Shown: positions 9,812-18,286, counted from the first letter of the stretch. The stretch: DNA of 32,000 bases from Chitinophaga flava (GCF_003308995.1 NZ_QFFJ01000001.1:3081605-3113604), one strand, 5' to 3'. Made by a program: numbers and translations. The notes: a model not told the origin generated them from the sequence alone.

Positions 9812-11038
9812 ATGAATACATCACAAATCGAAAATAAAATTTCGAAAGACAAAAATGTCCTTGTTGTTTTACAAGAAGAAGGAGCGGCAAATTCAGAAAT
9901 GCAGGATTTAATCGATAAATTTTGCGGAAAGGTAGTCAACAGTTTTTCTGAAATTCAGGCTAATCCAAGCGATACAAGAATCTACGTATGTGGCGACATA
10001 AGCAGTATCAAAGATGAGTTCGGCCCTTTATACATTATAAAAGAACTATCCAGTAATTACGAAAATAAAAATAATACGCACATCATCACACTTGGTGAAG
10101 TTCCTATTATCATTAGCAATGCCGGTGTATATTTTAGAAAACTATTTACTGATAACGATTATTTTGATAAGATCAAATCAGAGCATGAATTTCAGGAATT
10201 AACGGAGTCAAACAAACCATCCAAAGCATTTAGGAAAGGGATATACCTAACTAAAGTAACGAAAGCCGAAAATGAAGATGGGAGCGAAGTTCTGCACTAT
10301 CGCCTTTTGAGATGTTCAAGTAACTTAACCGGGCCTACTGATAATTTCCGCGCCACTGATCACAAAATCATCGATTCGTTGAATGAGGCTGTCAAATATG
10401 TTTTTGAGTATAAAACGGACCTGAATCATGTATTGGCACAGATATATGAAAACAGAATGAGAACAGAAGGCACTGATAAGGAAGTGAAATCAAGAATTAA
10501 AGCACATTCTGACAAAACCAAGGATATGCCACAGGATGGGCTTATTGTCTTTTGTACTTTTTACGACAACGTTGACATCAAACATCTGAAACCATCCGCC
10601 ACAGACAGATATGACAGGTGTTATAAAGAAGTGAGTGGTTTAACAAAGCTTCACTTCAAATTAAAAAGCACTGTTAATGATGATTCATTGGAAAAAGAAT
10701 TCAGTGTTACCTTATATCCTAATTCTGTATTCATGATTCCACTTTCTACCAATAGATTATACACACACGAAATCAGACCATCTATGCTGAATGCTGACAG
10801 CATTCCAACAAGATTGGGCTATGTAGTTCGTTGCTCCAATCTGGAAGCTCAGCATGTGAATAACCAAACTTACATCAGAGAAAATAACAACTTCATTAAA
10901 CTGGAGAAAATGACTCCGGAAACACAGGAGGATTTAAGAAGTTTTTACAAAGAAGAAAATAAATCAGAGCAGGTTATCAAATACGGAAAAATTCATTTCA
11001 GCATGAATTCAGGTGACTATGAAAAACCAATATTTTAA
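9812..11038 (+). CDS. 2OG-Fe(II) dioxygenase-like protein (AlkB-like fold) with unrecognised N-terminal extension
   Basis: 408-aa ORF in the AT-rich block. The C-terminal ~220 aa carry NHVLAQIYEN, KAHSDKTKD (HxD, nt 10505-10513), GLIVFCTFYDN, LYTHEIRPS (distal His, nt 10766-10768) and RLGYVVRCS (candidate 2OG-binding Arg). It is paralogous to the next ORF (shared LSTN and F-C/S-x-Y-D/E-N). The N-terminal ~100-190 aa has no motif I recognise. Confidence 0.6.
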   Translation: MNTSQIENKISKDKNVLVVLQEEGAANSEMQDLIDKFCGKVVNSFSEIQANPSDTRIYVCGDISSIKDEFGPLYIIKELSSNYENKNNTHIITLGEVPIIISNAGVYFRKLFTDNDYFDKIKSEHEFQELTESNKPSKAFRKGIYLTKVTKAENEDGSEVLHYRLLRCSSNLTGPTDNFRATDHKIIDSLNEAVKYVFEYKTDLNHVLAQIYENRMRTEGTDKEVKSRIKAHSDKTKDMPQDGLIVFCTFYDNVDIKHLKPSATDRYDRCYKEVSGLTKLHFKLKSTVNDDSLEKEFSVTLYPNSVFMIPLSTNRLYTHEIRPSMLNADSIPTRLGYVVRCSNLEAQHVNNQTYIRENNNFIKLEKMTPETQEDLRSFYKEENKSEQVIKYGKIHFSMNSGDYEKPIF

Positions 11039-11058
11039 CGTAAACCCGTGGCAAAGAG

Positions 11059-11853
11059 ATGATGATCAGTTCTGAGTTTAACAAAATTACGCTTGATTTA
11101 GAAACCAATTTATTCAATGAATTACTGAGCGCAACAGACTTTGAACCTGTTGCTAAAGGCAGAATCGGCAATCACCTGGTAAAGATGGACGGCAATCGTA
11201 TCCCGATAGTGAGAACTACTACAAAATACAATATACCCGCTCATGATTTTTCCGCCATTCATAACATGCTTGTTGAGTGCATCAATGATTCTATTAGAAA
11301 GAGTAACCTGGAAGACATACCTGCGCTGCATTTTAATAATGCCTTAATAGAAGTCTATGATGCCAGTTATTCCAAAATGAATTATCATTCAGACCAAAAT
11401 CTGGATTTGGATAATGATTCATACATAGGACTTTTTTCCTGTTATGAAAACCCGGAAGAACTTTCAGCGCAGCACATTAGGAAACTAAAGATAAAAGATA
11501 AAGTAAGCGAAGAAGAGCAGGAGTATTCGTTAACACATAATTCGGTCATACTGTTTTCATTATCCACCAACACAAAGTTCCTGCATAAAATTGTCCTGGA
11601 TGCTGCTCCAAAACCATTGGTACCAGACAATAAATGGCTAGGCATTACATTCCGGACATCAAAAACGTATATTCAATTTGAGGATGATTTACCTCGTTTT
11701 GCCAATGGGAAATTATTGGAATTAGCGAATAAGGAACAGGAAACAGCGTTTTACAAGCTGAGAGGGGAAGAGAACCGAAATCTGAATTTCGTTTATCCGG
11801 ATCTAATATATACTGTAAATGCAGGAGATACCATGAAACCAAAGCACAGTTGA
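11059..11853 (+). CDS. AlkB-like 2OG-Fe(II) dioxygenase
   Basis: 264-aa ORF starting 20 nt after the previous stop. Motifs are IPIVRTTTKY, NNALIEVYD, NYHSDQNLD (HxD, nt 11386-11394), SYIGLFSCYEN, KFLHKIVL (His, nt 11584-11586) and WLGITFRTSK (Arg, nt 11653-11655). Their order and spacing are as in AlkB/ALKBH-type dioxygenases. Confidence 0.65.
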   Translation: MMISSEFNKITLDLETNLFNELLSATDFEPVAKGRIGNHLVKMDGNRIPIVRTTTKYNIPAHDFSAIHNMLVECINDSIRKSNLEDIPALHFNNALIEVYDASYSKMNYHSDQNLDLDNDSYIGLFSCYENPEELSAQHIRKLKIKDKVSEEEQEYSLTHNSVILFSLSTNTKFLHKIVLDAAPKPLVPDNKWLGITFRTSKTYIQFEDDLPRFANGKLLELANKEQETAFYKLRGEENRNLNFVYPDLIYTVNAGDTMKPKHS

Positions 11854-11874
11854 TTGGTTCAGGCGCTCTATCAG

Positions 11875-11947
11875 AGCGGAAGACGGGACTCGAACCCGCT
11901 ACCTACAGCTTGGGAAGCTGTCGCTCTACCAGGTGAGCTACTTCCGC
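11875..11947 (-). tRNA. tRNA-Gly: tRNA-Gly (anticodon CCC)
   Basis: The reverse complement folds as a 73-nt cloverleaf. Acceptor GCGGAAG/CTTCCGC; D-arm GCTC-ACCTGGTA-GAGC; anticodon arm ACAGC-TTCCCAA-GCTGT (anticodon CCC). Variable loop AGGTA; T-arm GCGGG-TTCGAGT-CCCGT; discriminator U. CCA is not encoded. Confidence 0.93.
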
Positions 11948-11986
11948 AGGTATCTCTCTAAAGATAAAAAAAATACCCATAAAAAC

Positions 11987-12016
11987 GGGGCCGTCTCAGA
12001 AGTAATTCCGGGCCCC
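11987..12016 (-). terminator. GC-rich hairpin with T-run between repeat copy 1 and the tRNA (possible terminator insulating the tRNA)
   Basis: On the minus strand it reads GGGGCC-(18 nt)-GGCCCC followed by GTTTTTATGGGTATTTTTTTT. The stem is only 6 bp and the loop is large, so this call is weak. Confidence 0.3.
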
Positions 12017-12117
12017 TTAGATTTAGCCTGACTGGATTTATTTATGCACTTCGTATGTGCATCCTCAAAAACCGAAAAAGAAAAAGGGTGCCTCAAATTT
12101 ACTTTTGAGACACCCTC
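12015..12117. repeat. 103-bp direct repeat, copy 1 (left boundary of the hydrolase/AraC cassette)
   Basis: CCTTAGATTTAGCCTGACTGGATTTATTTATGCACTTCGTATGTGCATCCTCAAAAACCGAAAAAGAAAAAGGGTGCCTCAAATTTACTTTTGAGACACCCTC recurs at 14419-14521 with 2 mismatches. The flanks outside the 103 bp are unrelated. Confidence 0.9.
12075..12116 (-). terminator. intrinsic terminator inside repeat copy 1 (downstream of the epoxide hydrolase)
   Basis: The minus strand reads AGGGTGTCTCAAA-AGTAAA-TTTGAGGCACCCT (13-bp stem with one C/A mismatch) followed by TTTTTCTTTTTC. It lies 88 nt downstream of the hydrolase stop. Confidence 0.5.
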
Positions 12118-12204
12118 CAGTAATGAAGACTTGAGGAGATTCGGCCCACAGTCGGTGATAACACTTATGCCAGTCGGAGAAACAGGCTCAGCGCAGAAAT
12201 GCGA

Positions 12205-13323
12205 TCACATTTTCCCAAAGAATCCGACAAGCTCCCTGGAATAGATCTCAGGCTGTTCCATCGCTGCAAAATGACCTCCTTTGCCCAGTATATTGAAGCT
12301 TACGACATTGGCCATCCTTTCCGCCCATTCTTTAGGGAATTGGGCTTCCTTGGGAAACAGCGACACCCCCGTTGGTACACCTACCCGTTGGGAAGATTGC
12401 AGCCCCCCCATATAACCGGCGCGAGCATTCTCTGCATATGTTCTGATGGACGAATTAATGGATTGGCTTATCCAGTAGATCATAATGTTTGTGATCAGTG
12501 TGTCCATGCTAAGGCAATTTTCGAGATTTCCATCATTGTCACTCCAGGCATGGAATTTTTCGATGATCCAGGAGGCCAGTCCCACGGGGCTGTCGTTGAG
12601 CCCATAACCCAGGGTTTGTGGCTTAGTTGACTGGATCATATTAAACGCGCCTTCTGTAAAGAACCAATGTTGTATTTGTTGCCCAAACGCCTGTTCGGCG
12701 GGGGTCATCGTTCCCCAGTCCTCGCTGCCGTTGGGATAACCTACATCCGTTAAATGAATAGCCTTTACATTGCCCGGGAACTGCACTGCCAGTGACTTCG
12801 TGATCAAAGTACCCATATCACCGCCTGCGGCAAAGTAGGTGGAATATCCCAGTACTTCTGTCATGAGTTTGTTGAACAGGGCTGCCGTCCTATCGCTATT
12901 CAGGGCCGTTTGTTGGGAGAATCCAAACCCGGGTATGGAAGGGATCACGAGGTCATAAGAACGTCCGCCTTCAGTTGGATCGGTCAGCATTGGAATAATC
13001 GGGAGAAAGCGATAGAATGAGTCTGGCCATCCATGGCTCAGGATCAGCGGCGAGGTATTTTTTCCCTGGCCTTTTACATAAATGAAATGAATGGTAATGC
13101 CGTCTATTTCGGTCTTGTATTGGGGAAACTGGTTGATCTCTGCTTCGTGGGTTCTCCAATCGTACTCTGTCTGCCAATAGTGCACCAGTTCCCGCAAATA
13201 CCCCGGATTGGTGCCATAATTCCACCCGGCATTTTCAGGTTCATCCGTCCACCTGGTTTGTTTTAGTCTTGCTGATAGATCGTTAAGTGTCTCTTGCGGT
13301 ACATTAATGCTAAAAGGGTTCAT
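12205..13323 (-). CDS. epoxide hydrolase (alpha/beta hydrolase with EHN-type N-terminal domain)
   Basis: MNPFSINVPQETLNDLSARLKQTRWTDE matches the microsomal-type epoxide hydrolase N-terminal pattern, and HGWPDSFYRF matches the HGWPGS oxyanion-hole motif. The track start at 13353 is a TTG codon; I prefer the ATG at 13323 (372 aa). Confidence 0.8.
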   Translation of the reverse strand: MNPFSINVPQETLNDLSARLKQTRWTDEPENAGWNYGTNPGYLRELVHYWQTEYDWRTHEAEINQFPQYKTEIDGITIHFIYVKGQGKNTSPLILSHGWPDSFYRFLPIIPMLTDPTEGGRSYDLVIPSIPGFGFSQQTALNSDRTAALFNKLMTEVLGYSTYFAAGGDMGTLITKSLAVQFPGNVKAIHLTDVGYPNGSEDWGTMTPAEQAFGQQIQHWFFTEGAFNMIQSTKPQTLGYGLNDSPVGLASWIIEKFHAWSDNDGNLENCLSMDTLITNIMIYWISQSINSSIRTYAENARAGYMGGLQSSQRVGVPTGVSLFPKEAQFPKEWAERMANVVSFNILGKGGHFAAMEQPEIYSRELVGFFGKM

Positions 13324-13421
13324 AAACTGTTGTATTTGTTTTGTTCGGTACAAAAATAGTCAGCAGGCTCCTCCTGTCATTGTAAAAAATTTACCTGGGA
13401 TACTTGTCGGTAAGTTGAGGT

Positions 13422-14270
13422 TTACTTTGCATCCGGATTATCATTGGGAAATTGCAGGATCATTTCGGGCACCAACTCATTTTCATCCAAGACTAATTGA
13501 GATCTCAGATACTCCATTGGCTTTAACCCTGTAAAATAGGCAAAATCTTTTATGAGATGGGCCTGGTCAAAATAGCCGTACCGGTGGATGATGGAGAACC
13601 AGTCGATATGGGTCTTATTTTTTTGGATTTCAGTAATCACCTGCTGTAGCCGATGAACTCTTTGCAGGTATTTTGGTGAAAAGCCCGTATATGTTTTAAG
13701 CAGGTGAATGACGTGCTTTTGAGAATAGCCGGATTTCTGTATTAACCAGTCGATGGGTTTGTCGATATGCTGGTTTATAAATCTCACGATATGGTATCCC
13801 ATGTTCTCTTCAACCGAATATTGTAAAAAGTAGTTTTCGATCAATGCGAACCTGTCTGCCAGGGCGGTGGCATTGAGTAGCTTTTCATACAATCGCATGA
13901 AGGAACTCCCAAAAACAGCTTCGGCCTCAACACCCGCATTGTCCAATACGGTAATAGGTATCTTCGTAAGCGAAAAAAAGCCACCCACCGTAAAACGGAT
14001 ACTGATGATAGTAGAATTGGGATTGTTTTTGTAAAGGATCGCCTGTTTCTGCATCCCCGAGATCCAGGCATTCTTAACCTCTTTTTTGCAATCGGTATTT
14101 ATTTCGGGATAAACTGTATTCAGGGTATTTTCATTCAGTTCGATCACGAGGTTTATTCCGCCTTCCGGAAGCTCTTTGATGTAAGGTGTTGATAATGATC
14201 CGCTAACGTAAACAATGTGCTGAATGAAGTCTGAGAGCGGATAGGTTGGAATGTGCCGGTGTACTTTCAT
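13422..14270 (-). CDS. AraC-family transcriptional regulator
   Basis: The C-terminal HTH region (KSGYSQKHVIHLLKTYTGFSPKYLQRVHRL ... GYFDQAHLIKDFAYFTGLKPMEY) is typical of AraC/XylS. The track start at 14291 is a TTG; I prefer the ATG at 14270 (282 aa). Confidence 0.8.
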   Translation of the reverse strand: MKVHRHIPTYPLSDFIQHIVYVSGSLSTPYIKELPEGGINLVIELNENTLNTVYPEINTDCKKEVKNAWISGMQKQAILYKNNPNSTIISIRFTVGGFFSLTKIPITVLDNAGVEAEAVFGSSFMRLYEKLLNATALADRFALIENYFLQYSVEENMGYHIVRFINQHIDKPIDWLIQKSGYSQKHVIHLLKTYTGFSPKYLQRVHRLQQVITEIQKNKTHIDWFSIIHRYGYFDQAHLIKDFAYFTGLKPMEYLRSQLVLDENELVPEMILQFPNDNPDAK

Positions 14271-14418
14271 GATCGGATCAGTGACTAGCAAGGTATAAAA
14301 TTTCTTGCTGTCAATTGGAAAATGTTGAAGCCCGTTAATCGCCCCAGTGGAGCACGGCCTTAAAAACTACAGATAAACTTTTTCCTCTTGCCATGCATTA
14401 TTTACCTCAAAACCAAAT

Positions 14419-14521
14419 CCTTAGATTTAGCCTGACTGGATTTATTTATGCACTTCGTATGAGCATCCTCAAAAACTGAAAAAGAAAAAGGGTGCCTCAA
14501 ATTTACTTTTGAGACACCCTC
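14419..14521. repeat. 103-bp direct repeat, copy 2 (right boundary of the cassette, 4 nt from the TonB-receptor stop)
   Basis: 101/103 identical to 12015-12117. The differences are GTATGAGCAT vs GTATGTGCAT and AAAACTGAAA vs AAAACCGAAA. Confidence 0.9.
14479..14520 (-). terminator. intrinsic terminator of the two-component/TonB-receptor operon (inside repeat copy 2)
   Basis: Same hairpin plus T-run as at 12075-12116. It starts 5 nt after the receptor stop codon (14526-14528). Confidence 0.6.
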
Positions 14522-14525
14522 GTTA

Positions 14526-16952
14526 TCAGAATTTATAGCTATATCCCAGTCGGAAAACCTGTGTTTCGTAATTGTCTGTACTCACTACCGAAAAGCCATC
14601 TCCCCGCACTTGCCGTTTGATACGCAGCGTATTAAAGATATCACTGGCATTCACAAATAGTTCTCCTTTTCCTTGCTGGATCAGCTTTTTAGCCCCCAGG
14701 TCCACGGAGAAGCGGGAACCAATTTCTCCCTGTGGAATGATATCCTTAGCCAGATAAATACCGGTCACCTGAAGTTCTGTTTTAGCCGGCAGATGAAACA
14801 GTCCATTCAGCTTGGCATTGCCGGAAGTAAGCTGTTGTTTGGCAGCAGTATAGAAGGTCGGTACCGGATATTTGTTTTCCACGGTAAAGGCATCAATGAT
14901 ATTGCGATATACGTTCACGTTAGCATTCAACGAAAACCAGGCTGTCACCTCCTTATTCAGTACGGCCTCTATACCAGAATTATAGCTACGGCCTGCGTTC
15001 TGGTAGATATTGTAGATAATATCACTTCCTGGCGCCAGTGTGCCAATACGGGTGATGGTTCCATCAGTCATACGATGGTACAACGCCGAATAGAAGCTAC
15101 CGGTACGCCAACTGGTTTTGTATCCCAGTTCAAAAGTATTGGTGAACTGCGGCCGCAGCGCAGGATTACCTACTTTCAGCATTTCCGGTTCATCATATTT
15201 GGGGAAAATACGGATATCACCTTCATCCGGCCGGTCTACTCTTCGGTTGTAGAAGAAAGAGATTTTATTGGCATCATTCAGCTTATAAGCCAGGCGTACA
15301 TTAGGGAAAGGCTGTACATAGTTGTAGCCATCGCTTTTATAGGTATTGTGATCGGGGTTGACAGTGTAATTCAGGCGTACATACTCCATACGTATGCCGG
15401 CTTCGGCTTCAATGCGATTGTTTTCATATACATAGTTGCCGTAAATAGCAGGAATAGTTTCGGCATAATCTGCCCATCCGGCGGCACCTTTATCGAGGGG
15501 TGACTGTTCTCCGGGGAAGAAACGCATATTGGTGGGTATCACTCTTCTGCGGAGCTTCAGTCCACTTTCCACACGGCCATGACGTAGCGGCCGCACGTAG
15601 TCTACATTCAGATCAGCCACGTGTTCATCGGCTATCAGCATAAAGGTATCTTTCCCGATGTAGGTAGTGCGGTTATCGGTCAGAAAATATTTTTCATCTT
15701 CCCGATGGAATGTATAGTTGAAATTGATGTTCAGCAGGTGGCCCGGCTGCCGGAACTTATGCTGATAGGCCGCCATGGCTGTGAAAGCAGAGTTCACTTC
15801 ATCTTCATGAAATTGCCATAACCTTCTTCTTTCCGTTAATTTACCGTTGAAGTAAGGGATATCACCATCATCAAGAACACGCTCACGGCTGTATAATCCG
15901 GACACTGTGAGGGTATTACGATCATCGATATTCCAGTCGACGCCTGTTTTTACAGAGCCGTCATAAGTGCGGCGGTTGCGTTTTACCTGTTGCCGCACGG
16001 TGTCACCATTATCGTATATACGTTCTGCGAACTCGCTTTTATTGAGGGTTTTCATGTATAGCCAATCGCCCTGAAAGAAAGCATTGATCTTATTCTTCCG
16101 GTAGTTGAGCGACAGGGACGGATTAATTTTAGGGGTAGCCTGGTACTGAGGTCTTATGCCGGGCAGGTTTTCTTCCTTTTGCCACAATGCGCCCAGGCCG
16201 GTGGTGAGACCTATTTTACCATTAAAGCCTTCCTGTTTGTTTTTCTTGTAAATGATGTTGATGATGCCTGCGTTACCATTGGCATCGTATCTGGCGGAGG
16301 GGTTGTTGATGATCTCGATCCGTTCGATAGCGGAAGCCGGGATATTATCAAGGCCTGACTGGTTACCAAAACCGGTGAGAGCGGTTTGTTTACCATCGAT
16401 GAGGATGGTCACCCGGTCGCTGCCGCGCAGCTGCACTTTACCATCCTGGCTGGTAGTAATGCCCGGCAGATTTTTCATAGCCTGCAATACAGAACCGCCT
16501 TGCTGGCTCATATTGTTTTCCAGCGAAAAGATCTTTTTATCCATTTTAGTGTCAATGCCAGCTTGCTGAGCGGTCACTTCCACTTCATTGAGGGTGCGGG
16601 CGTTTTCCTTCAGTTCTATGGAACCCAGGTCCAGAAAGGCACTGAGTGATCCCACCTGCACCGGGAGTTGTTTTACTTCATAGCCCAGATAGGTGGTCTC
16701 CAGGAAATAATTGCCGCTACTTATGGCAGACAATGAAAAGCGGCCATCTTCACCTGTAATGGTGCCAGCCGCCAGGCTGCTGTCTTTTGTGTGCTTTAAA
16801 GTCACATTTACAAAAGGCAGTACGGTTTTATTCTTTCCTTCTTTTATAATTCCGGATACCACTACTTTTCTATCCTGGGCGAACAGTGCGCCCTGAAAAG
16901 CTATCAGTGCCACAGCTATCTGAATCAGGCAATTGGTCATTCTCTTCGGCAT
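14526..16952 (-). CDS. TonB-dependent receptor / outer-membrane beta-barrel protein with CarboxypepD_reg-like N-terminal domain
   Basis: Signal peptide MPKRMTNCLIQIAVALIAFQGALFAQ, then VSGIIKEGKNKTVLPFVNVTLK...GRFSL (carboxypeptidase-regulatory-like). A plug-like region follows (IERIEIINNPSARYDANGNAGIINII), and the C-terminus RLGYSYKF ends in an aromatic residue. The track start at 16985 is a TTG; the ATG at 16952 gives a proper signal peptide. Confidence 0.85.
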   Translation of the reverse strand: MPKRMTNCLIQIAVALIAFQGALFAQDRKVVVSGIIKEGKNKTVLPFVNVTLKHTKDSSLAAGTITGEDGRFSLSAISSGNYFLETTYLGYEVKQLPVQVGSLSAFLDLGSIELKENARTLNEVEVTAQQAGIDTKMDKKIFSLENNMSQQGGSVLQAMKNLPGITTSQDGKVQLRGSDRVTILIDGKQTALTGFGNQSGLDNIPASAIERIEIINNPSARYDANGNAGIINIIYKKNKQEGFNGKIGLTTGLGALWQKEENLPGIRPQYQATPKINPSLSLNYRKNKINAFFQGDWLYMKTLNKSEFAERIYDNGDTVRQQVKRNRRTYDGSVKTGVDWNIDDRNTLTVSGLYSRERVLDDGDIPYFNGKLTERRRLWQFHEDEVNSAFTAMAAYQHKFRQPGHLLNINFNYTFHREDEKYFLTDNRTTYIGKDTFMLIADEHVADLNVDYVRPLRHGRVESGLKLRRRVIPTNMRFFPGEQSPLDKGAAGWADYAETIPAIYGNYVYENNRIEAEAGIRMEYVRLNYTVNPDHNTYKSDGYNYVQPFPNVRLAYKLNDANKISFFYNRRVDRPDEGDIRIFPKYDEPEMLKVGNPALRPQFTNTFELGYKTSWRTGSFYSALYHRMTDGTITRIGTLAPGSDIIYNIYQNAGRSYNSGIEAVLNKEVTAWFSLNANVNVYRNIIDAFTVENKYPVPTFYTAAKQQLTSGNAKLNGLFHLPAKTELQVTGIYLAKDIIPQGEIGSRFSVDLGAKKLIQQGKGELFVNASDIFNTLRIKRQVRGDGFSVVSTDNYETQVFRLGYSYKF

Positions 16953-16996
16953 AATATATTCTGTTGAAAATAAATGATGCCACAAAGTTGACCTTC

Positions 16997-17016
16997 AATT
17001 TGGAAGAAATTTGGAA
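16997..17016 (-). promoter_or_regulatory. tandem direct repeat TTCCAAATT-TC-TTCCAAATT (11-bp phase), candidate response-regulator site upstream of the receptor gene
   Basis: Plus-strand AATTTGGAA occurs at 16997-17005 and 17008-17016, directly after the kinase stop (17018-17020) and 45-64 nt upstream of the ATG at 16952. A TAnnTTTG-like box (minus-strand CAACTTTG, 16983-16990) lies just downstream. Confidence 0.3.
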
Positions 17017-17017
17017 T

Positions 17018-18286
17018 TCAGAAATCGATGCAGAATTGATGTAGCTGGTTTTCAAATGTGTAATACACCTGCCAGTGATAACGTTGGCAGATCTGCTGAA
17101 CAATAGCCAGTCCAAGGCCACTACCGGGACTTTGAGGAGATCCCGCCGTAAAACGCTTAAACAGATTACCCGTATCCAGTGAAATACTACCTGTATTGGC
17201 TATACGAAGTTTTCCTGGAAGGAGATGAACAATAATTTTCCCTCCCGGATTTACATAGCGGGCGGCATTCAGCAGCAGGTTATTGAGCAAAATCTCTACC
17301 AGCACTTTATTACCTTCTATGTTAATACCAGACTGTATATGTTGTTCTATCTGCAGGGATTTGTGAGCAAACAAGTCGAACAGTGGAGCAATACAATCTT
17401 CCAGCAACTCACTTAAACAAATGTTTTCTTTCTGAAGGAACTGGTGGTTTTCTATTCTGGCCAGCAGCAGCAGGTTTTTATTGATACGGGTCACCTTCAT
17501 CAGAGCTTTGATGGACTCTTCCACCAGCAAGGATTGTTTATCGTTCAGTGGCTGGCTTTGCAATAACAAGTCCAGCTTGGATTTGGCGATAGCTAGTGGT
17601 GTCTGCAACTCATGCGAAGCATTTTCCGTGAACTCTTTTTGTTGCTGATAGGTGGAGATATTTTCGTTGATCAGCTGCTGTAAACTGTTATTTAGCGTTT
17701 CAAACTCGGCGATGTTGGTTTTATCGAAAGAAATCTGTTGTTGCCGGTTGAGATCAAAACCAGCTATTTTATGAAGGGTATTGTAAAACGGCTGCCACAG
17801 GCGCCTGGACGCCCTTTTATTGAGTAGTACCAGTCCTGCCAGCAGGAGTATAAAAAATAGGATGGTCACCAGCGTAATAGCGAGGATTGTTTCGTGGGTT
17901 TCCTCCATATTGGTTTCTACCGTGAGACTGTAGGGTTGACTGTTGACTGTAAAAGAAGATACCAATCCATGAAAACGGTTGATACCTGTAGCATTGCGAC
18001 GGTAGATATTGTAAGTACTGTCTGGCTTTACCATCGCTGCTCTGCGGATAGCAGCATCCGGCTGCAACTGATTCCAGGTGTGGATATGATGGTCGAGGGC
18101 GCTGTCACTGCTGTAAGCCTTGTGAATATTGGCTTTTATAGTCTCTGCAACAATTTTATTATGCTCATGTAACTCGTTCATCCAGATATTATCCACGATA
18201 TAATAATAGGCAGGAATACTGCATACCAATACAAAAAAGGCATACAGCGAAAATACTTTCAGCGATTTACTCAGCAGTTTTTTCAT
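17018..18286 (-). CDS. sensor histidine kinase (HisKA/HATPase_c)
   Basis: Two TM segments. H-box ENASHELQTPLAIAKSKLDLL, N-box LLNNLLLNAARY, G-box GSGLGLAIVQQI. The ATG at 18286 overlaps the regulator stop (ATGA), implying translational coupling. The track start at 18295 is a GTG. Confidence 0.88.
   Translation of the reverse strand: MKKLLSKSLKVFSLYAFFVLVCSIPAYYYIVDNIWMNELHEHNKIVAETIKANIHKAYSSDSALDHHIHTWNQLQPDAAIRRAAMVKPDSTYNIYRRNATGINRFHGLVSSFTVNSQPYSLTVETNMEETHETILAITLVTILFFILLLAGLVLLNKRASRRLWQPFYNTLHKIAGFDLNRQQQISFDKTNIAEFETLNNSLQQLINENISTYQQQKEFTENASHELQTPLAIAKSKLDLLLQSQPLNDKQSLLVEESIKALMKVTRINKNLLLLARIENHQFLQKENICLSELLEDCIAPLFDLFAHKSLQIEQHIQSGINIEGNKVLVEILLNNLLLNAARYVNPGGKIIVHLLPGKLRIANTGSISLDTGNLFKRFTAGSPQSPGSGLGLAIVQQICQRYHWQVYYTFENQLHQFCIDF

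Noticed and set aside
8938-11874. Classical integrase-mediated genomic island at tRNA-Gly
   Set aside because: I looked by eye for a second copy of the tRNA 3' segment (AGCGGAAGACGGGACTCGAACC or parts of it) near 8938-9811 and found none. No integrase or recombinase ORF is present. Only the compositional shift and tRNA adjacency remain.
12044-12630. Plus-strand ORFs 12044-12244 and 12199-12630
   Set aside because: The first runs through the non-coding 103-bp repeat and terminator hairpin. The second is antisense to the epoxide hydrolase, whose motifs are clear.
14673-15503. 276-aa plus-strand ORF (and 15621-15821, 16252-16649, 16711-16896) inside the TonB-receptor gene
   Set aside because: They are antisense to a well-supported receptor ORF and have no independent start context or motifs.
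16953-16985. Upstream alternative-codon starts given by the track (TTG at 16985, 13353 and 14291; GTG at 18295)
   Set aside because: In each case a nearby in-frame ATG gives a better N-terminus: a proper signal peptide, the EHN-domain start, or an ATGA overlap with the upstream stop. At 16985 the TTG overlaps a candidate promoter box. This is not proven, and the longer forms remain possible.
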